Below, piece after piece: positions 13,082 to 25,900 of a DNA stretch of 64,000 nt. Where the stretch lies: the NCBI GenBank assembly GCA_030704615.1, contig CM060732.1:14012001-14076000 (forward strand), in the 5' to 3' direction. The position numbers and the translations under genes were made by a program. Numbering within the stretch: position 1 is the first letter of the stretch; each line of letters opens with the position of its first letter. Below the pieces are notes generated by a model. It did not search any database, had not been told where the DNA came from, and saw nothing but the letters and a program-made list of their open reading frames with translations. The stretch comes from Takakia lepidozioides (lineage: Eukaryota; Plantae; Bryophyta).

Positions 13082-14100
13082 TTCCCAGGGGAATCCAGAT
13101 TTGTGTGGAACAGTGGTTGGTAAGCAGTGTCCAGGACAACCCCCATTACCTCCCCCTCCTCCATACGAGCCACCTCCCTCTCAATCCAATGACCTATGTA
13201 AATGCCTCTTATCCTCAAATTCCTAGGTTCAGGCACTGGTCTTGCCCTCTAGTGTTCTCCCTCCTACAGCTTTAAGTTTTTAATGGAAGCTTAGGGTTAC
13301 TGCTGATTATGCTTTTCTTTCAGTGTCTTTAAAGCCATGTTGGGAGTAAGCTTTAGTTGTAATTTAGTTAACAAGCATCCTCACCAGCCTGTATTCCAGC
13401 TGTATGTTGCCCAGGGTGCGTTGGGTACAGAGAACGTTGATAGGACAACTGGCCTGGGTTAGTGCTCTAGTACTTTGGCAGAGCATTTTGTGTCGAATCA
13501 CCTTAATCAAGATCATGTGCTCATGCAGCACGAAATTCGCAATCATCAAGTACAGGAACAATTGCTGGGGGGGTGGCTGCGGGTGCCGCTTTGCTGTTCG
13601 CGGTTCCTGCTATTGGCTTTGCCTGGTGGCGACGACATCGGGCCTGTGGAGGCCTTCTTAGATGTTCCTGGTATATATAAAACAGTGCATTTGTGCAAGA
13701 ACAACACTGCAAGTGCAATCTAAATTGATTCCTGTAAATTTAAATTCGTGTCTATGTACACTGCTCGAATTTTGTTTCTGAGGTCTGTGTACTGATAGAT
13801 AGTATGCCACACATGACTATCGTTTGCTTTGTAGACAGTGATTAAATCGTGCAGAAGTAAACAAGCTCTCAAGTAGCAGAAATTTTCCAGCAGATCTGTT
13901 GACCAACTTCTAGGCTGGCTTATCTGTTATTTCTCTTAAAATGAGTCTGGAATGAGATTGTATATCCTCTTCTGGTTTCAATACGGTGACACGTTGCTAG
14001 GAAGAAAACACAAGGATTGGCTAATGGGTCACTGGTGGCTGTCAAACACTTAAAAGAGAAGCGCAACCCTGGTGGCGAGCTGCAGTTTCAAACAGAGGTC
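13082..14100 (+). pseudogene. SERK: SERK-type LRR receptor kinase gene fragments (SPP, TM, kinase subdomains II-III)
   Basis: 13082-13197 SQGNPDLCGTVVGKQCPGQPPLPPPPPYEPPP; 13529-13670 [28 protein letters not shown]-(frameshift)-PVEAFLDVP followed by a GT donor; about 14012-14100 [28 protein letters not shown]. Introns are retained and the rest of the gene is missing. Confidence 0.85.
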
Positions 14101-15492
14101 ATTTTTGGTCATTCATGATTGCATACAGTACTTCACCACTACTCTCTGATCCTGTTGACATGAGACATGATATTTACATGTGTAAGGAGAGTCCACATAA
14201 GAGCAATTTGATAATAGGAATTAATGGGGATGGAATAAATTGTGGGTTCCAAACTGATTAAGTGTTCGTTTTCTGCCAAAAAGGGTGGTCATGGTTTCCA
14301 TTACAGATGGATATCTTAGCATTCCACTTGACTAGGATCCCGATGAAGCTTCTTGCAAGATCATTGTGGGTGTCTATTATCTACTCTCATCTTCCTATTT
14401 CTTTTCTTTTCATGGTTTTATGATGAAAGGTGTAGGAGCCCCCTCCAGAATCAGGCTTAGCTTCAGCATCGCAATTCAGTGTCATTGGGTTTGCATTCAA
14501 GTATTTTGGGTTTTCCTAAGGCTGTCGCTGATATTCTTTCTGGTCAAGTTTTGAAACCTCTCTTGAATATCAAGTTCATTGTGTGTTCAATTCCTGATAC
14601 ACTTTTTGAAACCATGCTGATTGCAGTAGTCTCTGGAGTACTGCATAGTCTTCATGGCTATTTTGATCTTCCCTTATGATGCATGGCCCCAAGACGAGAG
14701 CTCCTATTCTGTCAGTTACTCACGCAATTCCATCAGTGACGAAGGTCAATGAAGGTGAACAAGAACATTTCAATCTGCCCAACGAACCTGCCCAAAAAAA
14801 AGTAAATTTTAGAGTTTGAAATTGAGGATAAGATCACATTCCAAAAAGCGAAAAGTATCTTATACAAGGACAGAAGAGCCACCTTCGTTCAACTTAGGTC
14901 CAACAAATATATATATATTTTTCACCAGCATCCCTGGACATTTCCGTAGCATACGATAATACAAGTTAGAGATTAAAATGGCTAAAAAACATGCAGAATT
15001 CTTCCACGTTAGAAGTCCATTATCATGTTGGGTTTTTTTTTGTTTTTTTTTTCGACATCCATTTATTTCGTTTTTACCTTTATGTTCTCCCGCTAAATCT
15101 CCACCTAAGGTGGCGTGTCAGTACAATCCCGTGTCATTTTTCATTATTGTTTCTCACAAATCCAAGCATACAATTACGGGCAGCCCGAGAAAAATATTAT
15201 ATTGCCACGTGGCCGCCGTTTCCGCATCCATGTCACACTGATGGCTAATTGTTGATGACTGATGGCTGATAGCTGATAGAATAGCAAATCCCCCCCAAGA
15301 CACCCCTCTGACGCCATTGGACATTTCGCAAACACCATTTTGTGGTCTGGTTGTTTCAAGCGTTCAATTCTGAAACTCTTTCTCTTATGGTTGTAACATT
15401 AATGGTGCTGCTTTTGCTTCAATTTGCTGGAACGTTTGTGAAAAAAGCAGTGCTTATTCATGTTTGGCATGTATACAGGTGGTAAACAAACT

Positions 15493-15622
15493 GAGGTAAT
15501 GTTTGTCAGCAGTGCTGGAAATAATGGACCACCGTTGACCACTATGGGTGCACCAACTTCTAGCATCTTGGGCATAGGGGCCTATGTGTCCCTTGCAATG
15601 GCAACAGCCGCTCACTCGATGA
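15493..15622 (+). pseudogene. TPP2: Tripeptidyl peptidase II gene fragment
   Basis: [43 protein letters not shown] matches the TPP2 subtilase segment ([41 protein letters not shown]). Confidence 0.8.
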
Positions 15623-16306
15623 TAGTTTTAGTTTACTCAGATCTCAGATCCCTTCAGGTCCCTTAAGATCCATCAATTTATATACAAATAAAAAATTGAT
15701 TTAAAAAAAAACAATTGAGTTGTAAATTAAGAACTACTTTTTTAAAAGAAATAATTTAATTTCAATATATTAAGTCTTTATCATATTTATATTCTTTAGA
15801 AGCTAATACATTATATTATATACTATAAACTCATTTTGTTGTGTTATCTTCTTGAAATTATTATATTATTTTAAAAATAATAATTAACATGTAACATGTT
15901 TACTCTATATAAAAATTCTCTTATTTATCAATCTAATTCTTTTTTAAATTTGTTACAAATCTATATGTAGATGAATGTAGGTGTTTATTTTAATTTACAT
16001 ATTTAATTATTAAAAGATTTTTTCAGTCTACCTAGTAATATCTATATGTTTTCAACTTTTCAAAACCTCTAGTTTTCTTCAGATCTTAGATCCCTTCAGG
16101 TCCTTTAGATCCATCAATTTATATACCATTTCACATCTACTAACATTAATATTACAAAATCATTTTTTTAATATTTCATATGCTCTTAAGATTTTTATTA
16201 TTATTTATCGTATATTTCTTATATATGTCATTTATAATTTATAATCTAACTCATGATGATCTATATTCATCGACACAAATGACTTGTACGAAAAAAATCA
16301 AGCAGT

Positions 16307-16865
16307 ATGTCATTTTTATTATCCGTTACCTCCTATGCATTTAACTTTGATTTTAGAACCTTTTCAACAAGACTTAGATGGAGCTTAGATGACAATGATA
16401 CAAGACGATATGCAAAGATAGCAAACGATATATTTGATACACTAAAAAAAATGAATGTTAATACAAATATTTCATTCAACAAACTTATTGGATTATTTAA
16501 TTTAGAAATGGACACATATATTAAAAAAAATTACGAATCGACTAAAAAAACCAATAATATTTTTAAAAAGAGCATGTAAAAATATTTGCACACATGTTAA
16601 ATTAGCAACCAAGCGGGAATCTGAATATATAGCTGCAACATTTAATTTGAATACCAGGAAAATAATTCACATAATTGCGGTGTATAAACCTCCAACACTA
16701 CAATTAACTATTTTCTTGTATTCTCTCAAAAAGCTCATTGATAATTTCCCACATACATGTCCAACTATAATAATAAGGGATTTTAATGTAGATCTTTTAC
16801 AGAGTAATACCGTAACAACAAATCATTGCAAAAATTCATTGTCTTCTTTTCACATGCAACTCTAA
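16307..16865 (+). mobile_element. AT-rich TE remnant with apurinic-endonuclease (EEP) motifs, possibly Helentron- or LINE-derived
   Basis: ORF 16647-16865 reads IHIIAVYKPP...PTIII(R)DFNVDL, matching the EEP motifs YxPP and GDFN. It lies in a very AT-rich block (15666-16870). Confidence 0.55.
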
Positions 16866-17339
16866 TTCTCAAGTAGTACTTCAGAGCACAGGGGGAGGAA
16901 GCTGCTCCAAGATTTCGCCAGCACCTGGGGTAAAAATGACATGCTCGAGTCTGTCTTCCCAACTTACGCATTCAATGGCAGCAATCCATCCCCGCTCAAT
17001 GGGAGGTCCCTTGGTGATGGGGAGGACACTGAATTCAACTGGCATCACAAACGAGCTAGAGACCCTAAGTGTAAAGCGCACTTGAAATTCTAGTACCTCC
17101 AAGTTACTATGCAGATAATACTCACCACCCCTGCAATCGCCCCACTTCACTACAACAAATAAGTGTTTTTATGACTTCACATATGACTATTTTTTCAGTC
17201 TTATATGCGTTCATGACTACATCACTCTGTAGTGAAAAAAGCCCTGTCATAGCGACTAGTATTTAGGACTGCGTTTTGCAAGTCATATCCATGACTGCTT
17301 GCGTGGCACCTGGAGTCCTGCTGCAGAGAGGGTTGTAGT

Positions 17340-17850
17340 CACAACTATATGACTACATTATCTGTTGAGCGCTGCCTACATGGAGAGGCTTCAGCGGGAC
17401 ACGTGCGCCACTGCGCAAGCGACACGTCATGCATTCGTCAGGGGATCATATGACTATATGTCTGCAAAGTGATGCCTACATGGAGAGGCGACGGATGGAC
17501 ACGTGCGCCACTGCGAATTTGACATGTCACGACTTCTTGCCATGATCATATGACTACGTGTCTGCATAGTGATGCCTACATGGAGAGGCGCTAGCGAGAC
17601 ACGTGTGCTATGGCAGATTTCACACGTGGTGACTACATGACTCGCTCATATGACTACAGGGATGTCTACATGGAGAGATATTAGCGGGACACCTGTTGCA
17701 CTTGAGATGTGACATGTGGCACACAGACAAAATATATGACTAGCATATATGACTACGGATCTTTACACGTGGTGAAAATATGGATAAAGAATGTCGTGTC
17801 ATATACTGCCACGTGTTCTGGTTTGAGCAAGAGTGATGCCACGTGTCATC
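17340..17850. repeat. CACTA subterminal ~100-bp tandem repeats rich in CACGTG
   Basis: Units contain ATATGACTA...GCCTACATGGAGAGGC...GACACGTG. CACGTG occurs at 17400, 17500, 17600, 17623, 17766, 17810 and 17840. Confidence 0.8.
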
Positions 17851-18313
17851 AAGATTGTTTTCCGAAATAGTTTATATTTTTAATGTTCATAATTTAATTT
17901 TTAGTTTTCATTTAATATTTAAAAGAACAGGGAGATTGCAGCCTTGGATTTTTTTTTAATGGTATTATTTTTAATATTATTATTTAAAATGAAAGTGAAT
18001 TAAATGATTTAAAATCTTCATTACATGGTGAAATTCCAACATGAAAACAGAATGGATCCCTCCTGCATACTATCAACCACAAGGAGAATGAAAATAGTCA
18101 ACTACAGGGCAATACAAGCCCTATAAATCACATTACAAAAATCCAAATGAGACCAATATCCCAATGGACACCTCAAAAGCCACAAGGTCAAAAAATCCAT
18201 GCCTCAAAAGGCCCAGCCAAAAACAAGCAAGCCCACACATGGGCTGAATTGTTGTAGCTAGTATGTTCTAGTGCTATTAGAATCAAGAACTCTGTTAAAC
18301 AGTGCAATACTGA

Positions 18314-21300
18314 CTATCCCTTCCGCAGCTCCATAAGTTTCAGTAACTTTAGACTCCAAAGTGTTGTCTGGCCAACCACCTGCCCCAACTCGGTCTGTTT
18401 CCTAACACCATTCACATATGGTAGAGGGGTGTTACTGACACATGCCTCTTTGATGTACACACAGGCATAATCAAGGGGCACAGCAGGGTACCCGTAACCC
18501 ACCACAGCACCTTGAAGAGCAACAATCAGCCCTACTCCACATTTCTTGCGTTTGGAGTTCACATCCAACAGCCGAACCTCGTCACCCACCCTGAACTGTG
18601 ATCCCAACTCCACACAAAAAAGAACACGATGTGAAAACCCATGACATACACACGACTAGGACACTCAACATTTGCGAGTTAAAGAGAGCCCCAAGGTTGG
18701 AAAAAATATAACAGACAAAACAACGGCCTGGACTTACTCCATTTGCAGTCTCCAGTGGTGGTGAGACCTCTTTTGGGGGGCTACTCGCCGGGTCGACACT
18801 CTTGCCCCTCGTCTGTACCGGCTTGTCGACAATATCACCTTTGTTTGTCACAAGTTCCTGTGTCACAGACCAGAGATCAACCAGGAAAGCAATGAGAAAC
18901 AGGAATAGTGAATAGAAACAAAATCCAAGTATGAATCAAACAAAAAAAGCCAACATGAAAAGCTGCAAAGAAAACCTAGCATTAATCAAGCAACCGAGGA
19001 GAAGCATCCAGGAAAGCAATGCAATGAATGAACCCACAAAAATGTAGCCTCTGGAGCACTGTCAGAATGTTTGTACCTTCACAGTAGCAGTGTTGTATGG
19101 TTGTTGTCCGAAAACAGGCTGAGACTCCAAAAACTTGGGAATACTGGCAGCTTTCGATGCCTTCCACAAGAAAGGCCACAACACCTCTGTTAGATACTCA
19201 TCAGTTGGTGAATCTGGTTGCACCTTCCATGGCTCTGGAAAAATCCCACTGAAGGGAGGATTGTTTGCCGCCTTTCTTGGTGTGTCGTCAACAAGAACAG
19301 TGTCCTCATAAGTCCATTCTGGCCAGTCTGCCCACACTGTAGACAAGTTCTTGAAATATAATGGCTTTGAATCAGACCCCTTACGGCATGGGAGGACTGG
19401 ATCCTCGTCACAGTGAAGGGCATCCCACTGGAAAACCAGGTTAGTGTGGGCTGCAAAAATATAGTCCACCATTGGGAGAAGTTGCGAGCTTGGCAACAAG
19501 ACCACACCGCCACCTCAAAGTGTTCAAAACACTTTTGCAAAAAGTCATAACAGCGTGGTCTCAAAACTACCATCTTCTTGCCACACATCTTCCCCACAAA
19601 ACCTTTGGGAAGGGATGCAGGCCCATTAGCAGAATGAAAAGATTCACATAACAGACCATTTAAGTCCAGAATTAGTAAATGCTTCCTCGTTGGTCCAGGA
19701 AGTAAACTGACATTTGGCTTCAACATGTGAGCAGGAGAAATTAAAGCAACCTGCTTGTTTGTTTTGTCCCCGTCTGCATCTTCCTCCCCATCTAAACTCC
19801 CACATACCTGCATACCAGAATCCGGTGTGCCGGCGGCTCTGTCACCATTGCCCCCTGGACTGCTACTGCCTTTGTACGTGGCAAGGGCTGAATTTCCACG
19901 TGTACCTCACAGCTGGCCTTCCCTGTATCCTGCTGCTGCTCGGTCAAATTCAAAAGATCATCAGTGACAGGAAGACATAAGGGCTTAGAGTGAGCACCAG
20001 TTACCGTCTGAAATTGGGATTCCAAACATTTTGATACTGTCACAGCAGACGTATCCATCGTAGATGTCACTGGTCCTGCGCCTGGTAGATTAATCCCCAA
20101 TCTGGTCACAATGGCTTTCTGGTACTCAATCATACTCTGCATCTGTAATTTTAATTCTGCCATGTCACGTCCTTGTGATTCCACCAGTTTGTCCAAGCCA
20201 TCCATCCTGCCAACTACTGTAGAATATGCGAGACTTCCCTCCTGCCAATCCATGAAAACTTGCCCAAGTATGAATCAAACCAAAAAAACCTAGCATGAAC
20301 AACCATTGGAAAGAAAACCCAGGCCAAAAGCCGTGAAAAAAACCCTAGCAACCTATGATGCAGCAACCACTCTAGCAAACGTGGAAAACACACTTACCCG
20401 CCTGTCACTCCCAGCTGACAACCGTGACACTGAACCCTCTTGAATTTCATATAATGTAGGAGGGCACCCTGATAGTGTTTCCTACAAATTAATCCATGCC
20501 ACAAACAAACCCATGCCACAAGTCAGTAAGCAATGTGAGGGCTGACTATATACACATAGCAATTCAATGAGGAACAAAATACAGAGTCGTGATGATGCCA
20601 CTTACCAAGCGTGCTTCCACCATTGCCTTCCCACCACGGCCAGTCTTGGTAGGATTCAGAATTGCACCATTTGCCTTCTTCATGTTGCCCGACACTTTGT
20701 GGAACACCTCTGTCTGCCAGTAACTTACAAGCTTGTTCCATACCTCGTCAGATACAGTAATGGGTTTCCCCTTACCACCCAACCACGCAGTGTGTGCTTC
20801 ATAACGCTGGCTCTTCATTATTCTGCCAATTGTTTGTTTTAGGTGGAAGTCTTTTAACTCGTGCGGCGTATATGAAAATAGCTTAGCCAGGTGATCTCTG
20901 ATTTCGTATACAACTTCATCAGGTTGGTTGTTGATGGCAAGGGAACAATCTAGCTTGCGATAAGCCTGTCCTTTAAGGGCAGCGTGCCATACATTCCGGG
21001 TCTGACCATACGGGGCTCCTTTGAGGTTCGTCAAAATCACCGTGGGAGGAAGACCTGCAGCTATTCTCTCTTCCTTGACCTTGGCAGCTTCAATTTTGGC
21101 TGAGCTATTAGCCCTCCTTAAAGCATTGGTTCTATCATTCTTTGAAACGGCACCCTCCCCTCCTTCAGAGACCTCCGTGCGCTCAGGAGAATTCAAAGCA
21201 GGATCCTGCCAAGTAGGGACTGGTGGCCATGGTTGTTGGCCAGAAGGCCGAGGACCATACTGTCCATAAGCAGGAGGATATTCCGGTGGCCTGCCACCCC

Positions 21301-22845
21301 CATAGCTATTAGGGGGTGGCAAATATGGTGGAGGAGGATACTGGCCATACTGCCCATATGGAGGAGCACCATATTGACCCTGACCATACTGAGTGCCAGA
21401 CTGTGGGTACTGAGGCATACCATAATAAGGTGGGGGTACTGGTGGCACAGAACCCACAACGTTGGGAGAGTTAGGGCCACCTCCTGCGTTCTTGTGGGCG
21501 CCATCTCCATTGCTAGCAGCAGGGATCGTGGATCCAGTGCGCTTGTGCTTGCCCTGAAAAGAAATTCCCCCAGTACAATGTGGGTGATTACAAGCAGCAA
21601 ATCCTTGAATTCAGGCAAAACAAACTGGAAGCACATATCATTTGTAAAGACAAGATTACCCAAAACTCAGTATGATCTTGGGCAGTAAATCTCCCAAATT
21701 TGATTGGCCCCAATGATGTCCTCCCAGTACATTTTTGAGCCCTCTTAGGTATGGGGTGTTCCTGAAATCCATAGCAAGAATTCAAATGGACAAACCTGAT
21801 GAAGTATCCCTCCAAGTTTTACTGATATTCTGGGTGCATAAGTAACCCAAGTATCTCTATAAGTAGCCATTGTAGCTTAGTACCAGGACGTTGGTTTCAT
21901 GGGGCAAAGAATTTGAACACACCTGAAGTCTACATTGGCCTGACATCATGCCTTTGGCACTTCAACTTGTCTAGTGGAAATCATTTGTGATTGTGCCTTG
22001 GCTGACCCCTGCATTGTCCAACTTCCCTGTCTTGACAGACATACCCTATCTCTTCGTGATTTTACCAAAAACATACATAATTAGAATCATGGTCATTGTG
22101 AAGAACTATAACTCACAGACGGAGAAGGTGTTCGTAGTGTAGATGATGGGCGTTTTTGTCCTGCGACATGAGCATGGGCATGTTCTCCTCGGCTTGCCGT
22201 GGCATCCGCCGACGACGCACTCGCCTCGCACTGGCGTGGGAGGAGTGGATCGTCCTCATCGTCCTCAGAAGAGCCCTCATGCAGAATCGTAGTCTTCATC
22301 GTCTTCAGTCTGGCACTTTGCCTTGCAGGACCTTGATCCCTACCTTTTTCCTTCGGAGCGCGTGGCTTGCGAGGGCGATTCGCTCCCGCAAGCCTGCACA
22401 AACACCTCCATGACCTCCCTCTCAAACAATCACAAACAAATGTAAGCATACATACCCTAATACTCTTAAGCCTACGCTGAACCACAGCCGCACCCTACCA
22501 GGACGTAATGCTTGCCCACGAATGACGGCGGACATCTCCCGCCTAATGACACACCCTCCTCAAACCTAATCGTCACTCACTGCATGTTGTTTGCCTCTCT
22601 GTTTGTACAAGTCGCAGCTACTCGCCCCCATTTGTGCTATGAAGCTTATGATCGCTGTAGGAAGGTTAGAGGATAAGGCAAATCGCAAGTTTAGTGGGTG
22701 GGTCCAAAGTCAGGAACTAAACTCACCCATCTATCGACTGCTTGAACGTTGCTTCCACCTCCTTTATGGCAGCAATCCGGCGCTCTCGGAACTTCTCGTA
22801 CTCAGTGAGAGGGACTGTCACTTCGAAGACCTTCCGCTTCACCAT
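18314..22845 (-). CDS. CACTA TnpA-like gene: Transposase_24-like + coiled coil + FCP1/NIF-like HAD phosphatase + Transposase_23-like C-terminal domain (two frameshifts)
   Basis: Phase-consistent exons on the minus strand: 22845-22727 (MVKRK..LTEYEKFRERRIAAIK), 22393-22117, 21553-20606 (Pro/Tyr/Gly-rich, then KPITVSDEVWNKLVSYWQT...NPTKTGRGG), 20481-20398, 20241-19077 (LLILDLNGLL...RPRCYDFLQKCFEHFEVAVWS...YFKNLSTVW...TVLVDDTPRKAANNPP), 18857-18738, 18595-18314 (VPLDYACVYI...PLPY...TELGQVVGQTTLW). Frameshifts lie near 19875 and 19480. Confidence 0.8.
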
Positions 22846-22970
22846 GGACACTCAGAAACGATACTTATAGTATACTATAGATATAGAAATAGCACATTGG
22901 CAGCTGGTGCAAAACTAGAGACAATGCACTGTGCGTAGCATGCAAAGAGGGAAGGGGTGACGTTCAAAGC

Positions 22971-25900
22971 ATGTACAGTGCAGGTGGCGAACGGATGCGT
23001 AGGCGTAGAATAGATGACCGTCTATGGCGAATGGAAGAAGCTTATGCCACAAGGAATGGGCATACAAAAATGCTATGCAACTGCGATGAGTGTCATGGAG
23101 GAAAAGTACTCTTGTTGGAAACAGTGAGGAATCATTACATGATACACGGGAGGGATCCTCTTCTCCAACGCTGTTCTCTTCCGGTAAGATCGTCACTTTC
23201 CCTTCAGCACTTTAGTTTGAATTTTGAATGCAACGATCCTCTTCTCCACATGTCGACATTTCGTTGGGTGATTGTAGTCAAGAAGTCATAAGATACAGAC
23301 GTGAGTATGACTACGCCACTTCCGTTATCACTTTAATTAATGCACATGTCGTGTTTTCATTGGTCATGTGTAGTCATGTAGTCATATATGACTAAGTAAG
23401 TGACTGCAACTATGACTTCAATGGTTACAAATGTCGTGTTTTGATTGGGTGTATATTCATAAGATACATACGTAAATATGACTGCATCACTGCAACGTCA
23501 CCGTGCCTCCTATGTCATAATATGAACAAGTGTCACATCGTTGTTGGTCCACTCACAAGATGACTATTGGGATGCAGGGATGTGAATATTCAGATGATGA
23601 AGACGAAGGCCCTGCGGCACAGCGGGAGCCCAATGTCACAGAGAACGCAGATGAGAGTGGTGGATTGGAGGTAGAAATGCAGCGTGCATTGCAGGAAGCG
23701 TTTCTCTTTGCAGATGCAAACAGAGAGGACCCCATTCATGGTGGAACCGATCACACATTTGCCGATCATGACGATGATCTCGACGATTCCGGAGACAATG
23801 AATTTGATGAGAATGCTCACCTGCACGTTGATCCCGAGTATGATAAACTCTTCCGAGCGTCGCAATGTCCACTTTTTGAAGGGTGCTCCATCAGCCGGCT
23901 GCAAGCAACTTTGACGTTGCTGAACGCATGCACTACCCACAAGTGCACCAATGCATTTGTGGATGAGCTTCTGGGATTGTTGCGTAAGAGTTTTTTGCCT
24001 AAAGAGAATTCATTGCCGAAAACTCACTATGAAGCAAAAACCATGATTGCCAAGATGGGATTGCAGTACACGATGATTCATGCCTGTGAGCGTGGTTGTG
24101 TACTCTTCCGTGGGGAGTATGAGAATGTAGACATTTGCCCAGTGTGCCGCAGTTCCCGTTACATTCCAGGTCGTGGAAGTGTGCCCAAGAAAGTATTGCG
24201 ACACTTCCCTGTCATTCCAAGGTTGAAACGTATGTACCGATGTAAATCGATCGCTAACCTCATGACATGGCACGACAGACATAAGAGCCAGGATGGGTTG
24301 GTTCGACATCCAGCTGATAGCAAAGCATGGAGACACATTGACCACATTTGCGGATTTTGCTGCAGAGCCACGATCTCTGCGATTTGGATTGGCCTTAGAC
24401 GGTGTAAATCCCTACGGAGCTCAATCCACAAGTTGGAGCACATGGCCCGTTCTCTTGGTCAATTACAATCTGCCTCCGTGGTTAATGACCAAAAAGTTCT
24501 TTGTCATGTTAGCGCTACTGATTCCTGGTAAGGAGTCTGTTACCTCGGACAACGTAGATGTTTACCTGATGCCCCTAGTGGAAGAGCTATTGGAACTATG
24601 GAGAGGGATTGCAGCTCATGATGTTTCCCGTCCTCGTGGTCAACGCGAATTCACACTGAGGGCAGTGTTGATGTGGTCAATCCATGACTACCCTGCATAT
24701 GGCTTGCTCTCAGGTCAAGTGACGAAAGGTTATGCTGGTTGTCCAGCTTGTGGACCCGGGGTGACTTCACAGCAGTTACACACATGTGGAAAAATTGTTT
24801 TCCTAGGCCACCGAAGATTTTTGGCCCGCAATCATCCATATAGAAGGTCAAGAATGTTCAATGGCGCTACTGAGCATGGAACTCCTCCAAAAACGCAGAC
24901 TGGAACACAAATCAAGGACCTTGCAACAGCTCGCACTGCATGGGTGGAAAACGGAGGGACGCCAGATAGCAGGACAGACCCAGCAAAAACTCATGGAGTT
25001 AAGCGATTGTCAATTTTATATGTCTTACCTTATTGGGAGGTAATTCCTTCATGGCCTTTAAATTGGCTGTGTACATTTTTGCGTTTTCTGTTTAAATTGT
25101 GATGAGTAAATGCTCAATTGCTTATGTGTTCATTTTGTAGGGTCTCCTCATCCGCCACACGTTTGACGCAATGCATTGCGAGAAGAACTTGGCTGAAAAT
25201 ATTATTAAAACTATCTTTGGTGAGAAAGACACATTGAAAGTTCGCCGTGATTTGGAGCTACTTGGGATGCGCCCGGAATTGTGGCTACAACGTGATCCTG
25301 ACAGAGCAGATACGTTAATTATGCCTCCTGCCCCTTATGTCCTCACTGAGGCTGAGTTACAAGTCTTTCTGGAGATTGTGCAGAACTTGAAAGTGCCAAC
25401 AGGCTACGCATCAGCTTTCAAAAAGCATGTGGTGGTTAGGCATGAAATCACATGACTATCATGTGCTCATGCAGCAAATTATACCGCTTGCTATCCGTGG
25501 GCTCATGCCAAGTGGTCCTCGAAGGGCCATTTTGCGAGTATGTCGTGTATTTAAGAAGTTGTGTGCAAAAGTGGTGAATCCTGTAGAGTATGAGGAATTG
25601 AGAACTGAAGCAGTTCTCACTCTGTGTCTTATAGAGAAGGAGTTCCCACCATCATTTTTTGATGTGATGACACATCTGGTTGTTCACCTAGTGGATGAGT
25701 TGTACTTATGCGGGCCCGTAGCATCTCGTTGGATGTACCCCATGGAGCGGGCAATGAAAGATATGAAGGGCTACGTAAGAAACATGGCAAGGCCCGAGGG
25801 GAGCATGGCAGAAGGATACCAATTTGAAGAAGCATTGGGTTTTTGCACAGAGTATATGGCAGGATTTGATGGAAGTGTACGAAGGGTGTGGGATGCAGAT

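Noticed and set aside
15666-16870. Giant-virus (NCLDV) insertion suggested by extreme AT content
   Set aside because: No viral hallmark gene; the only recognisable motif is a TE-type EEP endonuclease.
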